Shown piece after piece: positions 1 to 221 of a DNA stretch of 221 nucleotides. The stretch lies in assembly GCF_003334305.1 (NCBI RefSeq), contig NZ_QOWS01000089.1; one strand, given 5' to 3'. Source of the DNA: Escherichia coli. Lineage in GTDB: Bacteria > Pseudomonadota > Gammaproteobacteria > Enterobacterales > Enterobacteriaceae. The number at the start of each line of letters is the position of its first letter. Position 1 is the first letter of the stretch. The notes below the pieces were generated by a model. The model had not been told where the DNA came from and ran no database searches. It saw only the letters and a list, made by a program, of their open reading frames with translations. The position numbers and the translations under genes are program-made.

Positions 1-181
1 ATTGCTTCAAGAAATCGAGATGTGTTTCCCCGAAATCCTCTATATCTTCCCAACTTTCTGCACCAGAAATAACGGCAAAAATAGTCAATAGTAGGATGCC
101 TGACAATTTATGCTCTACTTTCCAGGCTTATCTGTAATCGGGAATAATAGAAATATGTTCCATCAATTTTTTAAGTTCCAT
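1..181 (-). pseudogene. ISAs1-family transposase (H-repeat-associated-protein-like), 5' portion; frame interrupted by in-frame TAA at 130-128; 3' end lies beyond position 1
   Basis: Minus-strand ATG at 181-179 with an AAGGTG SD 5 nt upstream. Translation is MELKKLMEHISIIPDYR, then TAA (130-128), then the same frame is open for 42 codons to the window edge ([42 protein letters not shown]). Both parts match, from memory, the N-terminus of E. coli H-rpt/ISAs1 transposases ([33 protein letters not shown]...[19 protein letters not shown]), where the stop position is Gln. No alignment was run. Confidence 0.6.
128..181 (-). CDS. Literal 17-codon ORF (MELKKLMEHISIIPDYR*), interpreted as the truncated N-terminal fragment of the transposase rather than an independent gene
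   Basis: ATG 181-179, SD AAGGTG at 192-187, stop TAA at 130-128. A second in-frame ATG lies at 163-161. Any product would be a non-functional transposase fragment. Confidence 0.3.
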   Translation of the reverse strand: MELKKLMEHISIIPDYR

Positions 182-186
182 TTGTT

Positions 187-192
187 CACCTT
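187..192 (-). promoter_or_regulatory. Shine-Dalgarno sequence (AAGGTG) for the transposase start codon
   Basis: Plus-strand CACCTT at 187-192 is AAGGTG on the minus strand; 5-nt spacer (AACAA) to the ATG at 181-179. Confidence 0.6.
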
Positions 193-200
193 ATTTATGT

Positions 201-206
201 AAGGAG
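201..206 (+). promoter_or_regulatory. Shine-Dalgarno sequence (AAGGAG) for a plus-strand start at 216
   Basis: Perfect AAGGAG core, 9-nt spacer (TATTTGATC), then ATG at 216-218. It may instead be a chance match inside the IS terminal region. Confidence 0.4.
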
Positions 207-215
207 TATTTGATC

Positions 216-221
216 ATGTAT
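216..221 (+). CDS. Possible 5' end of an unidentified plus-strand ORF (only ATG TAT visible), divergent from the transposase
   Basis: ATG at 216-218 with a strong SD at optimal spacing. Two codons are visible, so coding potential and product cannot be assessed. Confidence 0.3.

Larger units (their letters stand above)
1..192 (-). mobile_element. ISAs1-family insertion sequence, transposase-proximal part; element boundary and terminal inverted repeat not determinable from this window
   Basis: Recognised transposase N-terminal coding sequence plus its SD. Only one side of the element is present, so inverted repeats and target-site duplication cannot be assessed; the true end may lie within 193-221 or beyond the window. 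Confidence 0.6.

Noticed and set aside
104-106. In-frame TTG downstream of the premature stop as a possible restart codon yielding an N-terminally truncated transposase
   Set aside because: No convincing SD upstream, and a restart product would lack the conserved N-terminal residues. A gene caller might annotate it, but it is probably not biologically meaningful.
141-161. Imperfect inverted repeat GGAA...TTCC that could form a small hairpin
   Set aside because: Only a 4-bp stem with a 13-nt loop, inside coding sequence and with no following U-tract; not a plausible terminator or regulatory structure.
167-172. T6 (A6 on the minus strand) homopolymer within transposase codons 4-5, considered as a programmed frameshift or slippage site
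   Set aside because: ISAs1-family transposases are single-ORF enzymes with no known programmed frameshift; the tract simply encodes Lys-Lys and is short.
128-181. Short 17-codon ORF with its own SD, divergent from a neighbouring gene start, resembling the layout of small signalling or leader peptide genes next to a regulator
   Set aside because: The peptide matches the N-terminus of ISAs1-family transposases, and the frame continues as conserved transposase sequence straight after the TAA. It is a truncated transposase start, not a novel peptide system.
182-201. Sigma70-like promoter hexamers in the 35-bp divergent region (e.g. TTGTTC at 182-187, TATGTA at 196-201, and the minus-strand equivalents)
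   Set aside because: Matches are only about 3 of 6 to consensus and sit too close to, or overlap, the SD sequences. The real promoters probably lie outside this window.
1-202. Plus-strand open frames: frame 1 from 1 to the stop at 70-72, frame 2 from 2 to the stop at 89-91, frame 3 from 3 to the stop at 135-137, and an ATG-initiated 30-codon ORF at 110-202
   Set aside because: All are antisense to the recognised transposase coding sequence, lack SD sequences and have no recognisable protein features; they are shadow ORFs.
189-204. CCTT...AAGG partial inverted repeat formed by the two opposing SD sequences, which could pair to occlude ribosome binding
   Set aside because: Only 4 bp of complementarity, and the two sequences lie on divergent transcripts, so they would rarely sit on the same RNA.
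1-221. Scan for tRNA or rRNA genes, CRISPR repeats, tandem repeats and rho-independent terminators
   Set aside because: No repeat-spacer periodicity, no cloverleaf-compatible stems and no GC-rich stem followed by a T-run were found.

Overview
221-bp AT-rich window (about 34% GC by my count). Nearly all of it is the 5' end of an ISAs1-family (E. coli H-repeat/H-rpt-like) transposase gene on the minus strand. An AAGGTG Shine-Dalgarno (192-187) precedes an ATG at 181-179, which translates to MELKKLMEHISIIPDYR and then hits an in-frame TAA (130-128). The same frame stays open to position 1 and encodes [42 protein letters not shown], which I recognise as the conserved N-terminal region of this transposase family. 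The gene is therefore most likely a pseudogenised IS copy, or carries a base-call error. On the plus strand, AAGGAG (201-206) followed by ATG (216) suggests a divergent gene start, but only two codons are visible. I see no RNA genes, CRISPR repeats or convincing terminators. I cannot support any novel system here; the window is explained by a common IS family with one inactivating lesion.
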